NCBI GenBank assembly: GCA_021156165.1
Contig: JAJNBM010000004.1
Span: forward strand, 1 to 59,736
Direction: 5' to 3'
DNA: 59,736 bases
From: Gammaproteobacteria bacterium
GTDB lineage: Bacteria; Pseudomonadota; Gammaproteobacteria; UBA1113
The notes beneath the pieces were generated by a model, which saw only the letters and a program-made list of their open reading frames with translations, was not told the DNA's origin and did not search any database. Position 1 is the stretch's first letter, and every line of letters begins with the position of its first letter. The position numbers and the translations under genes are program-made. Shown here piece after piece: positions 1 to 9,291 of this stretch.

Positions 1-83
1 CGGATGCGGGACAAAGCATAGCAACTTATTTAGGCATTAAGCCTTTGTCTTCTGGCCATTCTTTTTTATAGAGGTTTCAACTT

Positions 84-1076
84 ATGAGCAATACCCACAA
101 TATTCCCAAAGCAGAATTGCATCTGCATCTAGAAGGCAGCATGAAACCCACTTTGGTGCGTCATTTAGCCAAACGGAATGGCTTAATCGCACCGGAAAAT
201 ATTTTTGCGCCCGATGAAACCTATATTTGGAAAGATTTTTTAGATTTTTTACAAGTATATGATAAGGCCACTCTCATGCTAAAAAGCACGCAAGATTATC
301 GCGACATAACGTATGCTTATTTAGAAGAATGTGCACGAGTGAATACGCTCTATGTCGAATTGATTTATTCCCCTGATCATTCTTTATTATGCGGTGTCAG
401 TATAGAAGACAGCCTTAGCGGTATCATTCAAGGTATAGAAGAAGCAAAACGCGATTTTGGCATAGAAGCGCGTATCCTCTTAGCCTTCGTACGCCACTTT
501 GGCGTAGACAGCTGTATTAAAGTTGCCAAATGGGCAGCAGCCAATCCACACCCACTCATTACTGGCGTTAATCTTGCGGGCGATGAGATCCATTTTCCTG
601 CCGAACAATTTAGCGAGGCTTTCCGCATCGCTGCCGATGCCGGTTTAGGATGTACCGCTCACGCCGGTGAAATGGCTGGACCTGAAAGCGTTTGGCAAGC
701 GATAGATACGCTGCCTATTAGCCGCATCGGCCACGGTGTACGCTCTATAGAAGACGATAAACTGATTGCAGCATTGATAAAGCGCAACATCGCTTTAGAA
801 GTATGCCCAGGATCCAATATTGCGTTACAAGTTTATCCTGATTTTACACACCACCCGTTGCGCCGTTTAAAAGATCTAGGCGTCAGAGTCACTTTAAGTT
901 CAGATGATCCCCCTTTCTTTGCCACGAGCCTTGCTAACGAATATGACAATGCGGTGCGTTATTTTCATTTTAATGAAAAAGAACTAGTGGAAATGACACG
1001 TAATAGTTTAAAAGCCGCTTTCGTGGATGAACCAACGCGGCAGAAATTATTGGCTCGTAACGATAAAGCCTTATAA
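84..1076 (+). CDS. add: adenosine/adenine deaminase
   Basis: PKAELHLHLEGS, TAHAGE, RIGHG, EVCPGSN and SSDDP motifs of the adenosine deaminase family. Confidence 0.93.
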   Translation: MSNTHNIPKAELHLHLEGSMKPTLVRHLAKRNGLIAPENIFAPDETYIWKDFLDFLQVYDKATLMLKSTQDYRDITYAYLEECARVNTLYVELIYSPDHSLLCGVSIEDSLSGIIQGIEEAKRDFGIEARILLAFVRHFGVDSCIKVAKWAAANPHPLITGVNLAGDEIHFPAEQFSEAFRIAADAGLGCTAHAGEMAGPESVWQAIDTLPISRIGHGVRSIEDDKLIAALIKRNIALEVCPGSNIALQVYPDFTHHPLRRLKDLGVRVTLSSDDPPFFATSLANEYDNAVRYFHFNEKELVEMTRNSLKAAFVDEPTRQKLLARNDKAL

Positions 1077-1239
1077 AACGGCCCTTAAGCCAAATTAAAG
1101 CTCCTTATAATAGGCTTAAAGACAAAGTTACTTCTTTAACCAATACTGTTATTCCATAACTACTCTAAATACACTCAATATGCGTTTTTCTTACAACATG
1201 GCGCGAGTAGTTATGTTATTCCTGCTATTAGAATTTATT

Positions 1240-1869
1240 TTATAGGATGCAACCAGCAGTTACCTTTTCTGAAGTATTATACTCTTCGGCAAAATTAACT
1301 AACTTAGATTGATTTTTTATAAAATCTGCTTTAAATGCCGGCCCCAACACAACTACTGAACCGTCATCGCATTTATCCGCACTCATCCCGCATTCTCTCA
1401 ATAGAGATACGAACTTTTTTACCTTATCTTCATTAACATCGGCACAATCCATCCACAGACGCCGTTTAGGTTTTTCTTGAATAACAAAAAAACTGTTAAA
1501 TACATTAATTTTGTTCAGGTGCCCGCACAACTCATACAAATCTATTGTCAAAATGGCAAAATGAAGGGATTGAGCGTTTTGATCTTTATTTAAAGGCGGC
1601 ACTTGCGTTGATTTTAATTTTTCTTTTAAATCAACAACTGATATCTTTTTATAATCCAGCGCTTTCAAGCGCGCCCACGCAATTTCAGATATAGCAATAG
1701 CATTTTCATCGAGTATTCTCTTCACATCTTTTTCTGAAAAGTAATCCATCAAAGTATCCTTAAACACTCCCCATATTTTCGTCTGCAAATCACTAGGCAT
1801 ACTGTTTTTTTCCAATGAACAATAATGCTGAATAGTCAATTTCCACATTTTCTTATGAGTAACCGCCAT
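1240..1869 (-). CDS. hypothetical protein (AT-rich orphan, possible secreted effector)
   Basis: 209-aa ORF with SD GAGGGG upstream of ATG; Lys-rich, no family recognised. Confidence 0.7.
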   Translation of the reverse strand: MAVTHKKMWKLTIQHYCSLEKNSMPSDLQTKIWGVFKDTLMDYFSEKDVKRILDENAIAISEIAWARLKALDYKKISVVDLKEKLKSTQVPPLNKDQNAQSLHFAILTIDLYELCGHLNKINVFNSFFVIQEKPKRRLWMDCADVNEDKVKKFVSLLRECGMSADKCDDGSVVVLGPAFKADFIKNQSKLVNFAEEYNTSEKVTAGCIL

Positions 1870-2061
1870 AACAATCCCCTCACTCTATTTTTAAGTTATA
1901 AAAAGAACCCTTTATTCTAAGCAACACAGCTTAAACCGAGCGGTATTATACACAAGTTAAAACAAAATTCCACTATAAATCAACCGTTCAGAAAAAAATA
2001 TTTTGTGCTATTTTATGTCAGAACCGCCTCATCTAAATCAAGCTAGAAAAAAAAATCATTC

Positions 2062-2154
2062 GAGCCGCGACTGTAAGGGAGCGATTAAATATCCGAACTG
2101 CAATGCTTAGGGGAGCGGCAATTCGCAAAAACAGCTCCCTTATGATCCAGGCTC
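2062..2154. repeat. decayed REP-like cluster (GAGCCGCGACTGTAAGGGAGCG type)
   Basis: copy at 2062-2083, degenerate direct copy at ~2095-2118 and degenerate inverted copy at ~2132-2154. Confidence 0.5.
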
Positions 2155-2215
2155 AGATAGCACTCTTCCGAGCGCTATGCTAAAATGTTGCCTTCTTATT
2201 AGGAATAATATTAGC

Positions 2216-2581
2216 ATGAGCCCATTTGAGCGCTTTTTATCCAGCTTACGCAAAATCGTAGTCGAAATCCGTTATGAAGATGCAGTAAACGCCTTGCAAA
2301 CAGGCCGAGTCATCTTGATGGATGTGCGTGAACAAAATGAATGGCAACAAGGATACATCCCTGGCGCTATACATCTCGCCCGTAGCATAATAGAAATACA
2401 AATAGGGACCTTGGTTCCTAATCTGGCAACGCCTATCATTCTCTATTGTAGTGGTGGCATACGCTCCCTTTTGGCAGCAGAAAACCTACAACGCATCGGC
2501 TATACGGATGTTAAGTCTTTAGCGGGCGGCAGTAAAACCTGGTGCAGTGCTGGTTTGCCTTTTATCCACAACAACCCATAA
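2216..2581 (+). CDS. rhodanese-like domain protein (sulfurtransferase)
   Basis: DVREQNEW..GYIPGA and active-site loop YCSGGIRS; ATG 2216 preferred because of upstream AGGA. Confidence 0.9.
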   Translation: MSPFERFLSSLRKIVVEIRYEDAVNALQTGRVILMDVREQNEWQQGYIPGAIHLARSIIEIQIGTLVPNLATPIILYCSGGIRSLLAAENLQRIGYTDVKSLAGGSKTWCSAGLPFIHNNP

Positions 2582-2594
2582 ACTAAGGTTATTT

Positions 2595-3008
2595 ATGACA
2601 TCATTAGATTCCACTCTTTTTGAAAAAGCGCGTTCTGCGTTAAACTATTCTTACTCTCCTTATTCTCATTTTGCCGTAGGATGTAGTCTCAAAACGACTA
2701 CGGGGAAATACTATACTGGTGCGAATATAGAAAATGCCTCTTATTCAGTTACCTTGTGCGCTGAGGCAGTGGCTATAGCCCACATGATCAGTCAGGGTGA
2801 AAAAAAGATCGCTGAAATCTTTGTCATCGGCAGCGGGGACGCTTTATGCACACCTTGCGGCGCCTGTAGGCAACGTATCCGTGAATTTGCCAGCGACGAT
2901 ACACTCATTCATATAGGCGATAAAAATGGCCATCGCGCCACTTTCACCTTAGGCGAATTATTACCGCATTCATTTGGCCCACATAATTTGGAGCATACTC
3001 ATGACTGA
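2595..3008 (+). CDS. cdd: cytidine deaminase (homotetrameric type)
   Basis: YSPYSHF, GANIEN, CAE and PCGACRQ zinc motifs. Confidence 0.95.
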   Translation: MTSLDSTLFEKARSALNYSYSPYSHFAVGCSLKTTTGKYYTGANIENASYSVTLCAEAVAIAHMISQGEKKIAEIFVIGSGDALCTPCGACRQRIREFASDDTLIHIGDKNGHRATFTLGELLPHSFGPHNLEHTHD

Positions 3009-3819
3009 AGCTGCTTTTAGTGCTAAAACATTTATCCAACAGCAAAAACCCAATTTCACCCCTAAACTCGGTTTGATTTTAGGCTCTGGATTAAGCGATG
3101 TGGCCAACAGTCTAGAAGACGCCACCACCATCCCTTATGCCGATATCCCAGGATTTATACAAACCACCATCAGCGGTCATGCGGGTGTATTGTCCCTAGG
3201 CTATCTGAACGGCGTGCCTACGGTTTGTTTACAAGGGCGTATCCACTATTATGAAGGGTTTAAAAATGAAATCGTTAAGACGTATATACGCACTTTAAAA
3301 TTATTAGGTATAGAGATTTTGTTTCTTACGAATGCAGCAGGCTCTTTACACCAAGATGTTCCTGCAGGCAGTCTCATGATGATAACGGATCACATCAATT
3401 TTCAAGGACACAATCCCTTAATTGGTCTCAATGATGAAGCCTTCGGCCCACGCTTTTTTGGCATGGAAGAAGCCTACGACTTAGAACTACGCGAATTGTT
3501 GGTGTCTGTTGCTAAAGATTTAGAGATACACTTAGCACAAGGTGTTTATATTTCTGCTTTAGGGCCCATGTTTGAAACCCCCGCCGAAATTCGTGCTTTC
3601 CGTTTATTGGGCGCTGATGCCGTCGGTATGTCTACCGTTCCCGAGGTTATTGTGGCGCGTCACTGCGGTTTACGCGTAGCAGCAATATCCGCTATCACTA
3701 ATTTAGCCGCAGGTATGAACACAGATGCCCTAACACATGAAGACACTTTGCATAACGGCCAAAAAGCCGCAAAAATATTGCAAAAGCTTATTTTTGGTTT
3801 TGTTCGGGAATTATCTTAA
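3001..3819 (+). CDS. purine-nucleoside phosphorylase (trimeric PNP/xanthosine phosphorylase type)
   Basis: LGSGL, QGRIHYYEG, TNAAG, FETPAE and VGMSTVPE motifs; GGAG SD before ATG 3001. Confidence 0.93.
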   Translation: MTEAAFSAKTFIQQQKPNFTPKLGLILGSGLSDVANSLEDATTIPYADIPGFIQTTISGHAGVLSLGYLNGVPTVCLQGRIHYYEGFKNEIVKTYIRTLKLLGIEILFLTNAAGSLHQDVPAGSLMMITDHINFQGHNPLIGLNDEAFGPRFFGMEEAYDLELRELLVSVAKDLEIHLAQGVYISALGPMFETPAEIRAFRLLGADAVGMSTVPEVIVARHCGLRVAAISAITNLAAGMNTDALTHEDTLHNGQKAAKILQKLIFGFVRELS

Positions 3820-4571
3820 TGCACAGTATGCAAGCAGCACAATTTGCAATTGAAACAGCACGTGCTGCCCCTATAGAACCTGATCTGGTTGCGCTATTAC
3901 GTGGCTTAATTGATTTAACCTATCTAGGTGAAGATGACGATAGCGCCGTAGACGAATTGTGTGCTAAGGCTGCAGGGGTAGCAGCGGTATGTGTTTATCC
4001 AGAGTATATTGCTCGCGCTAAAAATAAGCTCGAGGATAAAAAAATAAAGATTGCCACCGTCGTTAATTTCCCACACGGCAATTCTAGTTTAGATACCGTG
4101 CTACAGGAAATTGACACAGCTACAGCCCTGCATGCCGATGAGATCGATGTCGTTCTACCCTATCAGGACTTTGTCAATGGCCAGTTTCACACAGTGAATC
4201 ACTTCTTAACTGCGGTACGTAAGCGCTGTGGAAATAAAATAGTGAAAATTATTATTGAATCAGGTGCATTGCTCAAACCTGCGCTCATTCGTTTGGCGGG
4301 ACAAATGGTCATAGACAGCGGCGCTGATTTTATTAAAACCTCTACGGGTAAAATTGAAGTCGGCGCTACGTTAGCAGCGGCTTATACTTTATTAACCTTG
4401 ATCGAGCAAAGCAAAAGCTCAGCCATAGGTTTAAAATTATCCGGCGGCATACGCAGCGTTGCCGATGCCCATGCCTATCTGTACTTAGCACGCGCAGTTA
4501 TGGGAAAAGCGTGGTTAAATCCACGTACGTTAAGAATTGGCGCGAGTCGATTAATTGATGATTTGTCGTAG
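3819..4571 (+). CDS. deoC: deoxyribose-phosphate aldolase
   Basis: IDLT, AAVCVYP, ATVVNFP, ADFIKTSTGK, KLSGGIR, RIGAS. Confidence 0.93.
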   Translation: MHSMQAAQFAIETARAAPIEPDLVALLRGLIDLTYLGEDDDSAVDELCAKAAGVAAVCVYPEYIARAKNKLEDKKIKIATVVNFPHGNSSLDTVLQEIDTATALHADEIDVVLPYQDFVNGQFHTVNHFLTAVRKRCGNKIVKIIIESGALLKPALIRLAGQMVIDSGADFIKTSTGKIEVGATLAAAYTLLTLIEQSKSSAIGLKLSGGIRSVADAHAYLYLARAVMGKAWLNPRTLRIGASRLIDDLS

Positions 4572-4626
4572 GGGCAGGCCGCCGTGCCTGCCCTAACCAG
4601 GGCAACCCTAGTGGGTTGCCCCTACG
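4567..4626. repeat. GTAG-type REP doublet (REPIN-like)
   Basis: CGTAGGGGCAGGC..GCCTGCCC-TAACC-AGGGCAACC..GGTTGCCCCTACG; the same unit recurs at 19188, 52666 and 55998. Confidence 0.85.
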
Positions 4627-4632
4627 ATAAAA

Positions 4633-4998
4633 TCATTTAAACCGTTCTACAGTAAGCCCTACCTCAGTACTGCCCGCCAAAGCATGTGGTTTCACCAAGG
4701 TCAGGCGCACGTGGTTACAAGAATATGTCTTTAAAATATGGCTGCAGATTTTATCGGCTAAAGATTCAATCAAATTACACTGCAGCGTGCCTAACAACAC
4801 TCTTAAATCCTCCACCAGCGCGCTATAATCCCAAGCATCTTTTAAATCATCGCTCGCGCCGGCCTGGCGGCTATCATAATCTAATTCCAAATCTAACAGC
4901 ACCGTTTGCTTGATTTTTTTTTCATACGGATAAATGCCAATCGCCGTTTTTAAAGCTAATTTACGGATAATTAAGATATCGCGACGCACTACAGCCAT
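4633..4998 (-). CDS. folB: dihydroneopterin aldolase
   Basis: IGIYPYEK..KQ, SDDL..DY, LIESLA, KPHA motifs; true start may be a few codons downstream. Confidence 0.9.
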   Translation of the reverse strand: MAVVRRDILIIRKLALKTAIGIYPYEKKIKQTVLLDLELDYDSRQAGASDDLKDAWDYSALVEDLRVLLGTLQCNLIESLADKICSHILKTYSCNHVRLTLVKPHALAGSTEVGLTVERFK

Positions 4999-6047
4999 TT
5001 TCGCTTCTTAAATAGAATAGTCAATACAAAGCCAATGATAACCATTGCCGATATAATATAAATATAACCATTTTTCCAATGGGTTTCTGGCATATTTAGG
5101 AAGTTCATTCCATAAATACCTGTGATAAAGGTAAGTGGCGCAAACAACATTGCCCATACCGTTGCTTTGCGTTGCACTTCATTGGAGAGGAATGTTTTCT
5201 GATTGACTAAAGACAAATGCACGTCCAACATATTGGAGGTCATATCACGATAGATTTCAATGATGTCTATAAGACGAATCACGTGATCGTAACAGTCACG
5301 CAAATACAATTTAGTATGTTCGCTTAACAAATCATTATCGTCGCGCATTAAAGCACGGATGGCTTCCCGCTGCGGGCGCAATTTTAAACGTAGTACCAAC
5401 AACTCCCGTTTAATGGTATATAAAGTCTGAAAAGTTCCCACCCCTTCTGGGCCAAATAATTCTTGTTCTACTTGTTCGATTTCTTCATCAAATTCATCGA
5501 TGATGGGAAAAGAACGATCGATGATAACGTCAACTAATACATATAAAAGATAATCGAGCTTTTGATGGCGCAAGGGCGCTTCTGGATGATGCAACCGTCT
5601 ACGTACGGCGCGGAAAGGATCGGTTTCACCTTTATGGAAACTCACCAAGAAATTGCGGCCCAAAAACAAAGACACTTGTTCGTTGATGATCTTGGTACCT
5701 TGTTTGATCGGCATCCCTAAAATGACCAATATCTGATTCTCATAGGTTTCTGTTTTGGATCGTTCGCCCAAGGTAATGACATCTTCTAATGCCAAAGGAT
5801 GCAAATCGAATAAACGTCCAAATTCCAACATCACCGATGGCCGCGGCTGGCCTTGCACATGGATCCAAGTAAAGGAATCGCCACTTAAAAAGCTTTGACA
5901 GGCGGCTGCGGAAATATCGCTGCGCTCAGTAATGCTGTCTGCCGTATAGTTGATCAAAGTAATGCTAATTGGCGTCTCGCTGGCAGGATCAATTACCGGC
6001 GATAGTTCTGCGGTGTATTGTTCGTCGTCGTCAAATTGCTGGTCCAC
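4989..6047 (-). CDS. corA: magnesium/cobalt transporter CorA
   Basis: LHPLALED, YLRDCYDH, PLTFITGIYGMNF..MPE signature and two C-terminal TM helices. Confidence 0.95.
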   Translation of the reverse strand: MDQQFDDDEQYTAELSPVIDPASETPISITLINYTADSITERSDISAAACQSFLSGDSFTWIHVQGQPRPSVMLEFGRLFDLHPLALEDVITLGERSKTETYENQILVILGMPIKQGTKIINEQVSLFLGRNFLVSFHKGETDPFRAVRRRLHHPEAPLRHQKLDYLLYVLVDVIIDRSFPIIDEFDEEIEQVEQELFGPEGVGTFQTLYTIKRELLVLRLKLRPQREAIRALMRDDNDLLSEHTKLYLRDCYDHVIRLIDIIEIYRDMTSNMLDVHLSLVNQKTFLSNEVQRKATVWAMLFAPLTFITGIYGMNFLNMPETHWKNGYIYIISAMVIIGFVLTILFKKRKWL

Positions 6048-6136
6048 CCCTACCCCCTTATCCTACATCTACATGAGGGCCTGAGTCATTGGCCCCAGGC
6101 TCTAGCGATGGACATTATAGCGCACACGAGGGCTAA

Positions 6137-8029
6137 TTACACCTCATAGCGCAAAATAACTTCAACGACACTTTGTATGGGCAACTTAAAGAATTCCGTC
6201 GCTGGCAGGGCATTATTAGCTAAAAATATATACAAAATTTCGCTAAATCCAGTCAACACGTTGGTGTGGGAACTTCTATCAATCGAGGCTCTAGGCGAGG
6301 CCCTAGTAATAAAAAAGGACAGGGTTTCACTGGCACTCAAAATCCCTTCTTTTTCGGCCCAATGAATAACCTTATTTAAATCGGGAATTTCCTTAAATCC
6401 ATAATGCGCCTCAATGTGGTAAGTATTAGGCTCTAGTTGTTGCGCTAAATATTTTTTATGAAAAGATATCCAAGGACGTTTATGGGTTTCAATGCCTATA
6501 AAAATATTTTTCTCGTGCAATAATTTATTATGCTGTACCTGAATCTCTAACGCTTTTGGCACGCGATCTACCCAACGCGTTAAATATACCGCGGTGCCCG
6601 GCAAGGCCTGCGGATAATGCTGGCGACATTCTTTAAGAAAATCCAGTAAACGAACTTCTTTAAACTGCTGTTGTACCCCTTTGGCATGCTGCCCTGTGCG
6701 CCAAACGCGAATGAGATAAAACACTGCCATTGAAATCAATAAAGTAAACCAGGCCCCTTCAATAATTTTGACTACGTTGGTTGAAAAAAAGATAAGATCT
6801 ATAAATAATAACGGCGCAAAAAATAAGATTAAATGCAGCGGTTTCCATTGCCATTCATAACGCGCCATGAATATGATGAGTAGTGTCGTTAAGAGCATGC
6901 AGCTGGCAATACTCAATCCATAGGCCACCGATAAGGCGTCGGTGGTACGGAAAAAGACGACCGTGAATACAGTCAGAACATACATAATCATATTGACTAT
7001 AGGAACGTAGACTTGGCCAATCTGAACACGTGAGGTATAAATGACCTTCATGCGCGGCAAATAATTTAGCATAATGGCTTGCCAACTCACAGAAAACATG
7101 CCAGAAATTACCGCTTGTGATGCAATCACAGTTGCCACAGTGGCCAAAATAATCAACGGCAAAATGAAAAAATGCGGCGCCAATAAATAAAATGGGTTGC
7201 TGATAGCACCCGGGGTACGCAACAACAAAGCCCCTTGCCCTAAATAATTCATTAATAGTGCGGGTAAAACAAAGAAGCTCCACGCATATTGAATAGGCTT
7301 TCGACCAAAATGCCCTAAATCTGCATACAGTGCTTCGGCACCCGTGACCACCAAAATAACTGCGCCCATCGTGAGGAAGCCACTCCAGTGATTATGGGTA
7401 AAAAACAGCAGCGCATAATAAGGGTTCAATGCTTTTAGGATGCTCGGCGTTTGCAGAATACTGCCTATACCCAATAAACCCAGTACGCTAAACCATAAGA
7501 TCATCACCGGACCAAACAAGCTGCCTATAGCCGAAGTTCCTCTTTTCTGAAAGAAAAATAATAACGTTAATACCACGCAAGATAAGGCTACTATGTGGCC
7601 ATCAAATTTATTGGTGACGGTGTGTAACCCTTCTAAGGCGCCTAAAACTGAAATCGCGGGGGTTAAAACGCCATCGCTAAAAAATAAAGCGATACCGATA
7701 GTTCCTAACAGCAGAGGAATCTTTTTTAAGCCTTTTACATTGAGCCGTGAACACAACAACGATAAAGCAAACAACCCGCCTTCACCTTGGTTATTGACTT
7801 TTAAAACGACATAAACGTATTTAACACTCACAACCAGAAACAATGTCCAGGCAAATAAACTACATAACCCCAACACATTTAAGGGGATAACGCTTAAGTA
7901 ACCCACCACAAAACAGCTTTTCAAAGCATACAACGGGCTGGTACCTATGTCGCCAAAAACGACTCCTATAGAGGCCAACAACAATGGCCAAGTAGCCGCT
8001 TTTTTGCCTGTATTCTCTTCTACACTCAT
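6137..8029 (-). CDS. kup: KUP/HAK/KT potassium transporter
   Basis: GVVFGDIGTSPLY, GEGG, TGAEALYADLGHFG, GQVYVP. Confidence 0.96.
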   Translation of the reverse strand: MSVEENTGKKAATWPLLLASIGVVFGDIGTSPLYALKSCFVVGYLSVIPLNVLGLCSLFAWTLFLVVSVKYVYVVLKVNNQGEGGLFALSLLCSRLNVKGLKKIPLLLGTIGIALFFSDGVLTPAISVLGALEGLHTVTNKFDGHIVALSCVVLTLLFFFQKRGTSAIGSLFGPVMILWFSVLGLLGIGSILQTPSILKALNPYYALLFFTHNHWSGFLTMGAVILVVTGAEALYADLGHFGRKPIQYAWSFFVLPALLMNYLGQGALLLRTPGAISNPFYLLAPHFFILPLIILATVATVIASQAVISGMFSVSWQAIMLNYLPRMKVIYTSRVQIGQVYVPIVNMIMYVLTVFTVVFFRTTDALSVAYGLSIASCMLLTTLLIIFMARYEWQWKPLHLILFFAPLLFIDLIFFSTNVVKIIEGAWFTLLISMAVFYLIRVWRTGQHAKGVQQQFKEVRLLDFLKECRQHYPQALPGTAVYLTRWVDRVPKALEIQVQHNKLLHEKNIFIGIETHKRPWISFHKKYLAQQLEPNTYHIEAHYGFKEIPDLNKVIHWAEKEGILSASETLSFFITRASPRASIDRSSHTNVLTGFSEILYIFLANNALPATEFFKLPIQSVVEVILRYEV

Positions 8030-8283
8030 GAATAATTACTTCTTGTTAGCGTAGAGTGGTGTAACACCCAATAAACCACCGCCACAAAAACACCGCCGAG
8101 CAATGTCGCAAAAGCCCACATTACCCCCGATACCAATAATGTCTTAGCACCTGTTTTCTCCAAATGCCCAGCATCACGCGCCACCGCTGCCGCAAAGACG
8201 ATATGCAAAATAACTTGTATCGCTAAAAATAGGTATTGCACCGTTTGCAGCGAGCCGCCTAAATAATTTGACAGTTGATCCAT
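8026..8283 (-). CDS. small hypothetical membrane protein
   Basis: 85 aa with two hydrophobic segments; AAGGA SD; overlaps the kup start by 4 nt. Confidence 0.8.
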   Translation of the reverse strand: MDQLSNYLGGSLQTVQYLFLAIQVILHIVFAAAVARDAGHLEKTGAKTLLVSGVMWAFATLLGGVFVAVVYWVLHHSTLTRSNYS

Positions 8284-8309
8284 ATCTTTTCCTTATTCAT
8301 AACGACTTA

Positions 8310-8954
8310 TTAAATCCAGCGTGCCGTTGTAGTCATTACTTTTGCCATCATGCGCATCAATAGAGAAACGGGTTTTGGCAATAATGCAGCCCCGGCGCTT
8401 ATGGCCTGCGTTGCATGACGCGCTTCGTCTTCATACATAAACGCTACAATTTCACGGCTACGGCTATCGGCCACGGGCAAACAGCGTAAATGCGAATTTA
8501 AATGGGCCATCACTTGATGCTCCGTTTCGGTCACAAAGCCTAAACTCCACTTATCGCCAAAAATTCCAGCAATAGCGCCTATCATAAATGATCCTGTATA
8601 CCAAAAAAGTGCTAGATAACTGGTATGACTGTCTAATTCAATTAAACGCGTTTCACACCAAGCCAGATGATCCACTTCCTCTAAAGCGGCTTGCCGCATT
8701 TTTTCAGCCACGAAGGGATCGCGTGCGGTTAAGGCTTGACCTTGGTATAAACCCTGTGCTGCGACTTCACCCGCATGATTAACACGCATGCACTGTGCAG
8801 AAAGGCGTTTTTCTAAGGAGGTGAGCGTGGGGGTTGCGCTGTGAGCAGGACTAGGGCGTACCGCCACGGCAGAATGCGCCAGGGTTTTTAGAGCGGCATC
8901 AAACTGTAGGATTAAACTTTCAACGAGCCCTCGTTTTGTATTAAGAATGTCCAT
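8310..8954 (-). CDS. coq7: demethoxyubiquinone hydroxylase Coq7
   Basis: MRVNHAGEVAAQGLYQGQ, EEVDH, ETEHQV..HL, DEARH di-iron motifs; start reassigned to ATG 8954 (GGAGG SD). Confidence 0.92.
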   Translation of the reverse strand: MDILNTKRGLVESLILQFDAALKTLAHSAVAVRPSPAHSATPTLTSLEKRLSAQCMRVNHAGEVAAQGLYQGQALTARDPFVAEKMRQAALEEVDHLAWCETRLIELDSHTSYLALFWYTGSFMIGAIAGIFGDKWSLGFVTETEHQVMAHLNSHLRCLPVADSRSREIVAFMYEDEARHATQAISAGAALLPKPVSLLMRMMAKVMTTTARWI

Positions 8955-9291
8955 CCTCCCCCCATGCCGATGATGTTTACTAGCGGCGTTTAACAATGCC
9001 CTAACCTTATCATATTTAAGCCATAAAGAGTACCAGTAGGGTCTATACCCATTGAGTTTATCGGCTGCAAAATGAATCAAGCAGTCCAAATATGAGCAAA
9101 TTTTCGTCCAATATGGCCCAATATTCTTCTCAAATTTGCTACTATTCTGCCTGGCTTGATTTATTTTTCGCTTCGCAAACTCAATGGCTCCAGGCCCTAG
9201 TTTTCTTTGAAAAAAATAGCCCAAAAGGTTAACATTATAGTGTAGATACGCTATGATGGGGGAGATAACAATGCAAAGCTAGAGGTTTATT

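Noticed and set aside
1240-1254. Canonical CaaX prenylation motif
   Set aside because: The protein ends G-C-I-L, so the Cys is at -3 rather than -4
8955-9224. 90-aa N-terminal extension of Coq7
   Set aside because: A strong SD precedes ATG 8954 and gives a normal length; the extension lies in the divergent promoter region
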